Position numbers and translations under genes: made by a program | Origin: Balanoglossus misakiensis | Taxonomy: Eukaryota; Animalia; Hemichordata | Reading direction: 5' to 3' | Assembly: GCA_040954595.2 (NCBI GenBank) | Contig: CM082578.2 | Location: 3,888,831 to 3,952,830 of the forward strand | DNA length: 64,000 nucleotides | In this document: positions 38,985-48,783 of the stretch, piece after piece | How the letters are laid out: the number at the start of each line of letters is the position of its first letter | Numbering within the stretch: position 1 is the first letter of the stretch | The notes under the pieces: generated by a model | The model's database searches: none | Told to the model about the DNA's origin: nothing | What the model saw: the letters and a program-made list of their open reading frames with translations, nothing else

Positions 38985-39709
38985 GGGACCGTTCAGTTTT
39001 TACGGCCGGGGGTGGGGGGGGGGGATCAAAATCCAGGGGGGTGACTTAAGTCCAAGAGGGGGGGGGGGGGTCATCTGTTTTTTTAAATGTTTAGGGGGGT
39101 CACATACTTTTGCCACCGAACTTTTGCTTTTGAGTACACGAAATTGCAGTTTCACGCCCTTTATTTTACAAAATTTTCTAATGTGGGAGGGGGACACCAA
39201 CCCCCTCCATTCTCCCCCACATTGCATTTATTCGCTGGTTTGTCTAGTGTACAGGGCAGACTTCTTCCCACCCTACCCCGATGCTTCTTTTGAGTGGAGT
39301 GGCAAAATTAAAATTTGTCCTCCCTAACATTAAGTTAATTTGCTTTTGAGTTCATTAAAATGCAACTTTGAGCACTGTATTTTACCAAATTTTCTTATGT
39401 GGGAGGGGGACACCCCCGCCACTTTTCTTTTTTTACCAATTCTACCAACTATTGTATTGGATTGTCATTTTAGTTTGTTCATTTAATTTAATGTCTAATT
39501 GAGGCGTGAGGAGCCTCATTCCATTTATTGCATACAGTGTACATAGGTTCATGTTTTCGGCATGGGGGGGGGGGTCATCATATTTTTGGGTCTGTCAAAG
39601 GGGGGGTCATCGTTTTTTGGTCCTTGGTGAAGGGGGGGTCGGCCTGATTTTGAAAATCGATGACACAAACTTGCCCCCCCCCCCCTGGCCGTAAAAACTG
39701 AACGGTCCC
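38985..39709. mobile_element. Non-autonomous PIF/Harbinger-type MITE, 725 bp
   Basis: Perfect 23-bp TIRs gggaccgttcagtttttacggcc / ggccgtaaaaactgaacggtccc continuing into poly-G/poly-C; TTA duplication at 38982-38984 and 39710-39712. Confidence 0.88.
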
Positions 39710-40004
39710 TTATACTGTAAAGATTCTCATGTTATAAGGGTGGTAATTTCAATGACTCCTTTATGATGTTATATCTGGCACTGTCTTTTATCTTTTTGTA
39801 TGTGGTTGTATGTGTTTGCTTTGATTGTATTGGCGCATATACTGTAGTCTGTTATGTTTAGTGAAGATAAAGAGGAAATGCCTGATGGAAATAGATGAAC
39901 TGGATTTTATGCAGAAATAATATGCATGTATTCTGTTGGATTCAGTGGCAAACATGTACACCTATAACCAGTAATGATAATTTATATTATTTGCTTTCTT
40001 GCAG

Positions 40005-40030
40005 TTTTGTATAACCAAAGATATCCCAAG
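40005..40030 (+). other. Predicted 26-nt micro-exon of the transposase-B transcript
   Basis: tattatttgctttcttgcag|ttttgtataaccaaagatatcccaag|gtaagt. Confidence 0.6.
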
Positions 40031-40967
40031 GTAAGTGTGTCTGCCATGTGAAGAGACCTTCAGCATAATGCACTGCAGTACAGTTCTGCATGTGATTCAT
40101 TTCAGGTTACTTGTCATAACTCTGCTCTGACACAGAGCTTATCAGATAAGACAATTGTTCATAGGTTGTCTGTCATGTGTCAACACAAGTGTTCTGTTAA
40201 ATAACTAGTGCAAATGTGTTTAAATTTTATATGCATGTTTGGCCTTAGTATAGTTTTTGGAAATTGTGAAATTTGGGTATATAATTAAACCCTCTTAGTA
40301 TCCAAGTGTCCAATTGCCTTGAAATGTACAGTCACTATGTGTAAATACAACAAATGCCATAATTTGAGTGGGAAATTTTTGCTGAGCTAAATTTCTTTAA
40401 TCACGTCCTGTGTGAAAAAAATGTCTATAGTTGTGTTTGAGAATGGCACATGCTGTCTTACTACTTTGACTTTATTCTATGTGCATGAAGTCAACATATG
40501 TTGGAATAGTTTCTACAGAAATGTCTACTTGTCTTACCCAGATTGCAAACAAATATTTCAAAAAGGTAAATGAGAAGAAAGTGTGATCGGCTGAATCTAT
40601 GAATCTCAAACTTGGCACAATTATGTGGGCCTATGTAATTTCATGCATAACACTCTTGAATTTTTAATTACTCACTGTAATTGTCAGCTTTGATTGGAAT
40701 TTTCATATGGACCTTATTTATATTAAAATGTGGAATAAAAAATCTGTTGACAGTCCTTGTACACTACATGTACCGGTATATGGTCAGGATCCCACATGCC
40801 AAATTTCAAGGTTGTGGACCATGTCAACAGGTTTATCCGTGACCTTGACCTACCCATAGGCCTATACCTCTACAGTGAAGCTATCACCACATTTTATTCT
40901 GGCATTCTGGTCTGTACAATAGTCCCGGACATTAAAATGTTAACAGTTATGTATTTATTGATTTCAG

Positions 40968-43900
40968 ATGCCACGCTCTAGGAACTGGAGGAAGAAGAGG
41001 AGTCAGATGAAAGAGGATGCTGCCCTCTCAAAAAACAGCTTCGATATGACAGAGGATGCTGCCCTCTCAAAAAACAGCTTCGATATGACAGAGGATGCTG
41101 CCCTCTCAAAAAACAGCTTCGATATGACAGAGGATGCTGCCCTCTCAAAAAACAGCGACGTAATCAAAGAGGATGCTGCCCTCTATAATCTCAGCGACAA
41201 TACCCTTCGGGGTGCCAGCCTTCGGTGTTCGAAGGATCAAAACTGTGAAACTTCCCTTCGGGGTTCAAACCTTCGGTGTTCGAAGGGTGAAAACTTTGAA
41301 ACTTCCCTTCGGGGAACCAATGATTCTAGGGTACCTGCAAATGGTGACATTGTCACTTGTGTTAATGGAAATTTACAGATTGAGAAAGCAGTTGATATTG
41401 CACACAAGAGAAATGACAATGAATGTATTATTCAGAATGTTACCCCGAATGAATTTGTTTTCTCTCCTGTAACCACCACCATATGCCAAGAGTTATGCTG
41501 TAAGCTTCACATAAAATATGGAAATAAAGTTGAAATGCTCGATGAAATTCGTAGTGTTGAAATTGGTGAACCATGCAATATGAAGTCTATTATCGGTGAT
41601 GGTAATTGTTTGTTTAGAGCTTTGTCGTATGCCATTAGTGGCAGTGAACGTAACCATGCTGTAATGCGAAAGGCCATTGTAAACCACATGATTGCAAATG
41701 ACAGTGCATATTTTGGTTGGCTGGACCAAGACCAAGGATATACATCAGTTGCTGATTATATTGCAAAGTCTAGAATGAATTGCCTAACAATCTGGGGTTC
41801 CGAAAATGAGATCTTGGCCGCTGCCGATCTCTTACAAACTAACATTTATGTGTATAGTTCTGGAACATGGCTAATACATTATTGTAATGCAATTAATAAA
41901 AGTAATGTTGATAAAGGTGTAGGTATATACCTGAACCATCGCAACAGAGATCATTTTGAAATTGTCAAGAGTGTAAAGACACGTGAGATGGTAACATCTG
42001 ACTATACACACATTGAATGTGATAAACTTGTCTCAAGTGAAGGTATGACTAATGAATTCCACAATGAGGCAGATAGTGGCAGTTGTGTTCCACTAAAGAG
42101 TCCATTGGACAAGAAAGGAAATTTCCACTTAAGTGATGAAACTGAAAGTGTTACAAAAGGAAGAGGTAAGAGACCAGCAATGAGTGAACGATTACGAAAG
42201 AAAATCAGAAAACAAAAATATGAATGTAATGAGACCACTGCAAAGAGCTGCAGGGCAATATCTGAATCAGAATTGTACCACAGTAATTCTCAATATAGAG
42301 AGACAAAGAAGTTAAAAAGTAGACAGCATTATCATCAGATCCGAGAAAGTAAGAAACAAAAAATGAAAGATTTATATGAACAAAATGCCGACTATCGGGA
42401 GGCGAAAAAGACACAGTTCAGAGTTAAATATGAACAAAATCCCGATTTTCGGGAGGCAAAGAAAGCACATGTAAGAGTGAATTACCAAGAAAATCCTGAT
42501 TTTCGGGAGGCAAAGAAAGCACATGTAAGAGTGAATTACCAAGAAAATCCTGATTTTCGGGAGGCAAAGAAAGCACATGTAAGATTGAATTACCAAGAAA
42601 ATCCTGATTTACAGGAGGCAAAGAAGGCACGTGTAAGAGTGAATTACAACCGAAATCCTGATTTTCGGGAGGCACATAAGGCAGAAATGTCAAAAAAATT
42701 ATCACAAAAATATCAGAGAGACGTAAACTATCGTGAGGAAAAGAAGGCAAAATTAATACAGAAATACGAACAAAATGATCTTTACAGAGAATGCAAGAAG
42801 GCACAGAGTATTCAACGATATGAGAATGACCCTCATTACAAAGATAATGCATTGAAGAGAAGCAGGTGTCAGATGATACAGAATGACATTGGCAAGCATA
42901 ATGTTCAGCATGTTATTGCTGATTTCAGAAATACTGCCTCAGAAGGTCCAAATTGTGTATGTTCTGTTTGTTATCGTAGACTTTTCAGGAAACAAGTAAT
43001 TGTTTGCAAGAAGGATAAATATTACAGTAACAGAATTACATCTGATATTGCTGTAAAATGTATATCAGAAGAATATGTGCACAAATGTGCCCCGACATGT
43101 ATGGCTGACTGCCCTCTCAAGAATAGTGCAGCCAGTACATTATGGATTTGTCACACATGCCACAGAAAGCTTTTACGTGGAGAGATGCCAGTTCAAGCTG
43201 CAGCAAATAACCTTCATGTCACACCAGTCCCTCCTGAATTGAAATGCCTCAACTCACTTGAGCAACATTTAATTGCATTAAATATACCATTCATGAAAAT
43301 GTTGGCATTACCTAAGGGTGGTCAGAATGGAGTCCATGGACCTGTAGTGTGTGTCCCTTCTGATATAAAGAAGGCTACAAATATTTTGCCTCGAAATGAG
43401 TTTGATGATCAGATGATAAGGGTCAAATTGAAGCGAAAGCTGAGTTATAAAGGTTACTATGAGTATCAGTTTGTAAACAAACGACACATTCAGAATGCTT
43501 TGGAATACCTCCAGACAAATAATCATTATTACAGTGATATAACTTTCAATATGGATTGGAAAAATACTCTTGAAAAGACTGAAGAAGATCTTTCAGATGC
43601 TAAAATTAATAACAGCGAATCAGAAATGTCTGATGACAAAAACATTGATGAAAGCAATGAAAAGACCAAAGGAAATGTTTCAGATACTGAAGGTAATGAT
43701 GTGTCATCAGACACAGAAGATAACAATGTGTCAAACAAAGATACTAATGGAATATTGATGGACACATGCCTCCAACCAATTGACATAGGTCAGGATATTC
43801 TTGATTATCACTTTGAGGATATATCTTGTGTTGCTCCTGCAGAGGGTAATACACCTGTTAGTCTGTTGATGGAAAAGTTGAATGAAGCCAAGTGCTTTCC

Positions 43901-46900
43901 TGTGTTATTCCCAACTGGGTCACCCACATTTCATGATGACCGAGAGGTTAAGATAACAATAGGACGATACTTGCAAAGTCGTGTAATGAATGCAAGTAAC
44001 AGATTTTCAAAAAGCACAGACTATATATTTTATGCGCAATATCTGTCTGAAATTAACCAGGTTGTATCCAATGTGTCAATTGCTTTGAGAAAAGGAACTG
44101 CTAATGCTTGTGGCAAAAAAGTGACATCCGATGTTTTAAGTGACAGTGAATCTTTGAAACAGATTTTGAAGTCTGATGAAGGGTACAAGTTTTTAAAACC
44201 TATAAGAGGAACTCCTCCTTATTGGCAAGCAACACAAAAAGACCTGTTTGCAATGATCAGACAGTTGGGTATACCAACATGGTTTTGCTCATTTTCTGCT
44301 GCCGACTTACGGTGGAAAGAAGTTATTGAAACTATACTTCGTGGAGAAGGAGACGTACGTAATGCTGAGGATCTTGATTGGTCTGAGAAATGTGCTATCT
44401 TGAGACGAAATCCTGTAACAGCAGCCAGGATGTTTGATCACAGATTTCATTGTTTTCTGAGTGAAGTCATCATGTCACCAGCCAATCCTATTGGAAATAT
44501 CAAAGATTATTTTTATCGAGTCGAGTTTCAACAACGAGGCTCACCACATACACACTGCCTATTTTGGGTTGAAAATGCACCAAAGGTTGATAGAGATACT
44601 GATGAAGATGTAGTTGATTTTGTTGACAGATATGTAACATGTCAAATGCCTTCTGTTGAGGAGGATGAGGAATTGCAAGAGATTGTGAATAAAGTTCAGA
44701 AACACAGCTCAAGGCACTCCAAATCTTGCAAGAAAAAGGGCACTAGATGCAGATTCAACTTTCCACGACCACCATCAAAGAAAACGTTCATATGCCGTCC
44801 TGATATAGATATAGAAATGACAGGTGAAGGTGAGAAGTCAAACCTTGATGACGATAAAGAAACACTAGAAGAGAAATGTCAAAGAGACACGACTCAGTTA
44901 ATTGATAATGTGATGAGCCAGATGGCTGCTAGGAATATTCTAGAAAAAGTGTGGACATGCCTGCATGACAAAGAGAAACAGATTGATTCGGTTGATGCAC
45001 TGTTTAATGAAGTCAGCATTTCTCAGGAGATGTTTGAGAAAGCACATGCAATTTTGGCAAGGAAAACAAGTGTAGTATTAAAGCGTGAGCCAAATGATGT
45101 TTGGGTAAACCAATACAATTCTAACCTGCTTCTTTGCTGGAATGCAAACATGGACATTCAATTTGTTGTGGATGCTTATGCCTGTGTTGTGTACATTGTG
45201 TCATACATCTCTAAGGCAGAGAGAGAAATGGGTTTACTGCTGGAAAATGCACAGAGAGAAGCTAACAAAGAAGGAAATATGGATGCGAAATCTGCATTGA
45301 AACAGTTGGGCAGTGTTTATCTGCATAACAGAGAAGTGAGTGCCCAAGAGGCTGTATATAGACTGTGTGGATTGAAACTGAAGCAATCATCTCGAAAAGT
45401 CCAGTTTATTCCAACTGGAGAAACCCCTATCAAAATGAGTTTGCCATTGAGTGTAATACGTAGCAAAATGACAGGAGATGATTTGAATGAAAATGATATC
45501 TGGTATAATAGCATTGTAGACAGATACAAGAACCGACCAAATGGAGACGAGTTTGACGACATGTGTCTTGCGACATTTTGTTCAGAATACCGAATAGTGT
45601 CAAAATCAGAAGTGACAAATACCAGCACTGAGAAACGTGCAAATCCAATAGTCAAGTTGAAAAATGGTGCAGGTTACATGCAAAAAAGATCTCGAACTGA
45701 TCCAGCTGTCATTAGATATGCAAGATTTTCTGTGACTAAATATCCAGAAAAGTATTACCGCACTATGTTAGAACTCTTCTTGCCACACTGGGTTGATTCC
45801 CAATTGAAACCAAATGGGTTTGAAACATATGCAAATTTCTATTCTGCGGGTGCAGTGAAGTGTGGATCTGCCTCGTTACAAACAGTGAAATTGATAGTAG
45901 ATGCCAATAAAGCAATGTTTGAGAAAGAGGCTGATGCCGTTGATTTAGCTGAAGAGCTCCTTGAAGGAAGTGGCCCTCTAGAGGATGCATGGGCCCAAAT
46001 CTGTCCAGAAAGTGAAATAGACAGATTAGAATGCATTGATGAACGTCAACAATTGCCTGATGATGATGATGTAAATGAGGAGGATATTCCAGATTTGGTG
46101 CACAAACCAAAAGGTGATTGCCACATAGAAATTTCTACCTCTGAAGTAAGGAGGGCTGATGTTCAAGCAATGTGTAGGTCACTGAACAGGAAACAGGCAG
46201 AAGTCTTTTATAACGTCAGACAGTGGTGTCTGGATAAAAGCAATGGCAAGAACCCAGAATCTTTTTATTTGTTTGTCAGTGGTGGTGCTGGCACAGGTAA
46301 AAGCCATTTAATTAAAACCATATATCATGAAGCCAAACGAATTCTATCTCGTGTCATGGCTAATCCAGATGAAAAATCAATACAGGTAACAGCCTCAACT
46401 GGAGTTGCAGCATTTAATGTAGGAGGTGAAACTCTCCATCATGCATTTTCAATAGCAGTTGACTCAAAACTACCATATGAGCCACTACGTGAAGAAAAAC
46501 TCAACACTCTTCGTTCCAAATTGGGAAATCTTCAGATTTTAATAATAGATGAGATTTCTATGGTAGACAGAAAATTGTTTCACTATGTACATGGACGATT
46601 ACGTCAAATCAAACAAACATCAAGTGATTCACCATTTGGAAATGTGTGTGTTATTGCTGTGGGCGACTTTTATCAGCTGCCACCTGTGAAAGCAAGTCCA
46701 CTGTGTGTGGAAAATGATGCCATCAATATGTGGAATAATTTCAAAATTGTGGAACTCACTGAAATTATGAGACAAAAGGACTGTGCATTTGCAGAGGCAC
46801 TAAATAGAGTAAGAGTTCACAAGAAAGGGCACACGCTGAGTGCAAATGATCTAGAAATGTTCAATAACCGTGTGACTGGTGAAGCATCTGAGGCAATTCA

Positions 46901-48263
46901 CATCTTTGCTACAAATGCAGAAGTTAACAATTGCAATATCACAATGCTGCATTCATTGTGCTCTGATCCTGTATGTATTGAAGCACAAGATTTTAGTAAG
47001 AATACTAAAACTGGGAAACTCCAAAGAAAGGAAGGCCATCATGCCAAGGTCTATAGGACCACTTTACCAAAGACTCTCACTCTAGCTAAGGGTGCACGAG
47101 TGCAACTGACACAAAATATTGATGTCTCTGATGGATTGGTGAATGGTGTATTTGGATCAGTATGTCACATTGATATGAAACCAAATGAAAGCTTTCCAAC
47201 TGCTGTTTATGTTGTATTTGACAATGTCAAAGTTGGCCGAGGATTGCGAAACAAGAACCGTGTAAATATATCTGACCTTCCTGAAAACACCACCCGTATA
47301 GAACCTCAGGAAATGTCTGTTGCAAGTAATGGTGGTATTAGAAGACAGTTTCCTCTGAAACTAGCATGGGCATGTACAGTGCATAAGGTACAGGGATTAA
47401 CAGTTGAAAAAGCTGTCGTTAGTTTGAAGAAAATGTTTGCACCAGGACAGGCATATGTTGCACTGAGTCGAGTGACATCATTAGATGGTCTAATAATTGA
47501 TGAATTTAAGACATCTTCTATATATTGCAATGAAAAGGTTCAAGCAGCCTTGGAAATGATGCCAAAGTTTGTTGATGGGTGCTTTGAGCAATTACAGCTA
47601 AACTATAGATGTTCTTTTATACTTCATAATGTTGAAGGTCTTCTGAACCACATGGAAGATATTCGTAGTGGCAAGGAATACTTGGAGTCAGACTTTATTT
47701 GTTTGACAGAAACATGGCTAACTGAGAACCAAACAAAATGTGATGTAATAGTCAATGGATTTGAATTCAGTCACAAGCCTCGATCAAAATCGTATAACAA
47801 CTTTGATATGAATACTTCACAGTTGCAGTTGCAACATCATGGTGGTGTTGGTGTCTACTACAAAGTAGGCCACTCTGTTGAAATTTTGGATTTGTCTGTT
47901 AGTAACTTGGAATATCTTACATTTTATGTCAAAGATATCAATACAGTGGTGGCAGTAATTTACAGACCATCATCCTACAAAGCAGTCGCATTCAGGAAAA
48001 ACCTACTTCTGTTGGTGAAGGAAATGTCAAAGTATTCAGGTGCTGCAGTGATCATGGGTGATTTCAATGACAATATTTTAATCTCTTCATCTCTTGTGAA
48101 AATCATGCAAGACCATGGTTTCAAGCAACACGTGAGCAAACCAACCACAGAAGCTGGTACATTGATTGACCACGTGTATGTGAAAGGAACAGGAAAGGTG
48201 GAAGTTGACATTGTGCCAAAGTACTTCAGTTTTCATGAAGCCATCAGCATTAAAATCTATTGA
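40968..48263 (+). CDS. Helentron/Helitron2 RepHel transposase, family B (2431 aa), same domain order
   Basis: Uninterrupted ORF colinear with the first: IIGDGNCLFRALS (~41590), VEFQQRGSPHTHC (~44520), YIVSYISK (~45192), GGAGTGKS (~46281), GDFYQLPPV, GQAYVALSRV, LTETWL/MGDFN/IDHVYV (47620-48260). ATG directly follows the acceptor tttattgatttcag. Confidence 0.96.
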   Translation: MPRSRNWRKKRSQMKEDAALSKNSFDMTEDAALSKNSFDMTEDAALSKNSFDMTEDAALSKNSDVIKEDAALYNLSDNTLRGASLRCSKDQNCETSLRGSNLRCSKGENFETSLRGTNDSRVPANGDIVTCVNGNLQIEKAVDIAHKRNDNECIIQNVTPNEFVFSPVTTTICQELCCKLHIKYGNKVEMLDEIRSVEIGEPCNMKSIIGDGNCLFRALSYAISGSERNHAVMRKAIVNHMIANDSAYFGWLDQDQGYTSVADYIAKSRMNCLTIWGSENEILAAADLLQTNIYVYSSGTWLIHYCNAINKSNVDKGVGIYLNHRNRDHFEIVKSVKTREMVTSDYTHIECDKLVSSEGMTNEFHNEADSGSCVPLKSPLDKKGNFHLSDETESVTKGRGKRPAMSERLRKKIRKQKYECNETTAKSCRAISESELYHSNSQYRETKKLKSRQHYHQIRESKKQKMKDLYEQNADYREAKKTQFRVKYEQNPDFREAKKAHVRVNYQENPDFREAKKAHVRVNYQENPDFREAKKAHVRLNYQENPDLQEAKKARVRVNYNRNPDFREAHKAEMSKKLSQKYQRDVNYREEKKAKLIQKYEQNDLYRECKKAQSIQRYENDPHYKDNALKRSRCQMIQNDIGKHNVQHVIADFRNTASEGPNCVCSVCYRRLFRKQVIVCKKDKYYSNRITSDIAVKCISEEYVHKCAPTCMADCPLKNSAASTLWICHTCHRKLLRGEMPVQAAANNLHVTPVPPELKCLNSLEQHLIALNIPFMKMLALPKGGQNGVHGPVVCVPSDIKKATNILPRNEFDDQMIRVKLKRKLSYKGYYEYQFVNKRHIQNALEYLQTNNHYYSDITFNMDWKNTLEKTEEDLSDAKINNSESEMSDDKNIDESNEKTKGNVSDTEGNDVSSDTEDNNVSNKDTNGILMDTCLQPIDIGQDILDYHFEDISCVAPAEGNTPVSLLMEKLNEAKCFPVLFPTGSPTFHDDREVKITIGRYLQSRVMNASNRFSKSTDYIFYAQYLSEINQVVSNVSIALRKGTANACGKKVTSDVLSDSESLKQILKSDEGYKFLKPIRGTPPYWQATQKDLFAMIRQLGIPTWFCSFSAADLRWKEVIETILRGEGDVRNAEDLDWSEKCAILRRNPVTAARMFDHRFHCFLSEVIMSPANPIGNIKDYFYRVEFQQRGSPHTHCLFWVENAPKVDRDTDEDVVDFVDRYVTCQMPSVEEDEELQEIVNKVQKHSSRHSKSCKKKGTRCRFNFPRPPSKKTFICRPDIDIEMTGEGEKSNLDDDKETLEEKCQRDTTQLIDNVMSQMAARNILEKVWTCLHDKEKQIDSVDALFNEVSISQEMFEKAHAILARKTSVVLKREPNDVWVNQYNSNLLLCWNANMDIQFVVDAYACVVYIVSYISKAEREMGLLLENAQREANKEGNMDAKSALKQLGSVYLHNREVSAQEAVYRLCGLKLKQSSRKVQFIPTGETPIKMSLPLSVIRSKMTGDDLNENDIWYNSIVDRYKNRPNGDEFDDMCLATFCSEYRIVSKSEVTNTSTEKRANPIVKLKNGAGYMQKRSRTDPAVIRYARFSVTKYPEKYYRTMLELFLPHWVDSQLKPNGFETYANFYSAGAVKCGSASLQTVKLIVDANKAMFEKEADAVDLAEELLEGSGPLEDAWAQICPESEIDRLECIDERQQLPDDDDVNEEDIPDLVHKPKGDCHIEISTSEVRRADVQAMCRSLNRKQAEVFYNVRQWCLDKSNGKNPESFYLFVSGGAGTGKSHLIKTIYHEAKRILSRVMANPDEKSIQVTASTGVAAFNVGGETLHHAFSIAVDSKLPYEPLREEKLNTLRSKLGNLQILIIDEISMVDRKLFHYVHGRLRQIKQTSSDSPFGNVCVIAVGDFYQLPPVKASPLCVENDAINMWNNFKIVELTEIMRQKDCAFAEALNRVRVHKKGHTLSANDLEMFNNRVTGEASEAIHIFATNAEVNNCNITMLHSLCSDPVCIEAQDFSKNTKTGKLQRKEGHHAKVYRTTLPKTLTLAKGARVQLTQNIDVSDGLVNGVFGSVCHIDMKPNESFPTAVYVVFDNVKVGRGLRNKNRVNISDLPENTTRIEPQEMSVASNGGIRRQFPLKLAWACTVHKVQGLTVEKAVVSLKKMFAPGQAYVALSRVTSLDGLIIDEFKTSSIYCNEKVQAALEMMPKFVDGCFEQLQLNYRCSFILHNVEGLLNHMEDIRSGKEYLESDFICLTETWLTENQTKCDVIVNGFEFSHKPRSKSYNNFDMNTSQLQLQHHGGVGVYYKVGHSVEILDLSVSNLEYLTFYVKDINTVVAVIYRPSSYKAVAFRKNLLLLVKEMSKYSGAAVIMGDFNDNILISSSLVKIMQDHGFKQHVSKPTTEAGTLIDHVYVKGTGKVEVDIVPKYFSFHEAISIKIY
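41013..41185 (+). repeat. 39-bp coding minisatellite (EDAALSKNSFDMT, 4 copies plus a partial)
   Basis: gaggatgctgccctctc at 41013, 41052, 41091 and 41130, partial at 41169. Confidence 0.95.
42370..42680 (+). repeat. 60-bp coding repeat (NPDFREAKKAHVRVNYQE-like, ~5-6 copies)
   Basis: aatcctgattttcgggaggcaaagaaagcacatgtaaga recurs every 60 nt. Confidence 0.9.
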
Positions 48264-48389
48264 AAGACATCAATGTTTGACCACAACATGGTTATCAGAG
48301 AAGCATGCAAATATAATGTGAGGTACCAGTGAATGGATTTGAACTCAATCACCAGCCGCTGTCAAAATCATACCATTATTTTGAAATTA

Positions 48390-48783
48390 ATCTGCAAAAG
48401 ATATGACTGTGTTGAAATTATGCATTTGCCTGTTTGTAACTTGGAAAATATTACATTTATGTCCAAGATATCAATACGGTGGTAGCAGTAATTTAAGACC
48501 AGTGCATCATCATACAAAGCAGTGGTGTTCTATAAAACCTTACTTCTGTTGAAGAAAGGAAATGTCAATTCATGTATCCAGGTGCTGCAGTGATCATCAG
48601 TGATATGAATGAAAATATTTTCATTATCAAGGTAGTGCAACCCTTTGGTTTCAAGCAACATGTGAGCAATCAAACTTAACAGAAGCTGGTACATTGATTG
48701 ACAATGTATAATGTGAAAAGAACAGAAAATATTGTTGAAATACTGCCAAAGTACTTCAGTTTTCATGAAGCCATCAGCATTAA
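48390..48783 (+). pseudogene. Decayed tandem copy of the last ~400 nt of the transposase-B endonuclease domain
   Basis: Matches ~47870-48254, e.g. ccaaagtacttcagttttcatgaagccatcagcattaa at both ~48216 and ~48746; contains indels and stops. Confidence 0.85.
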
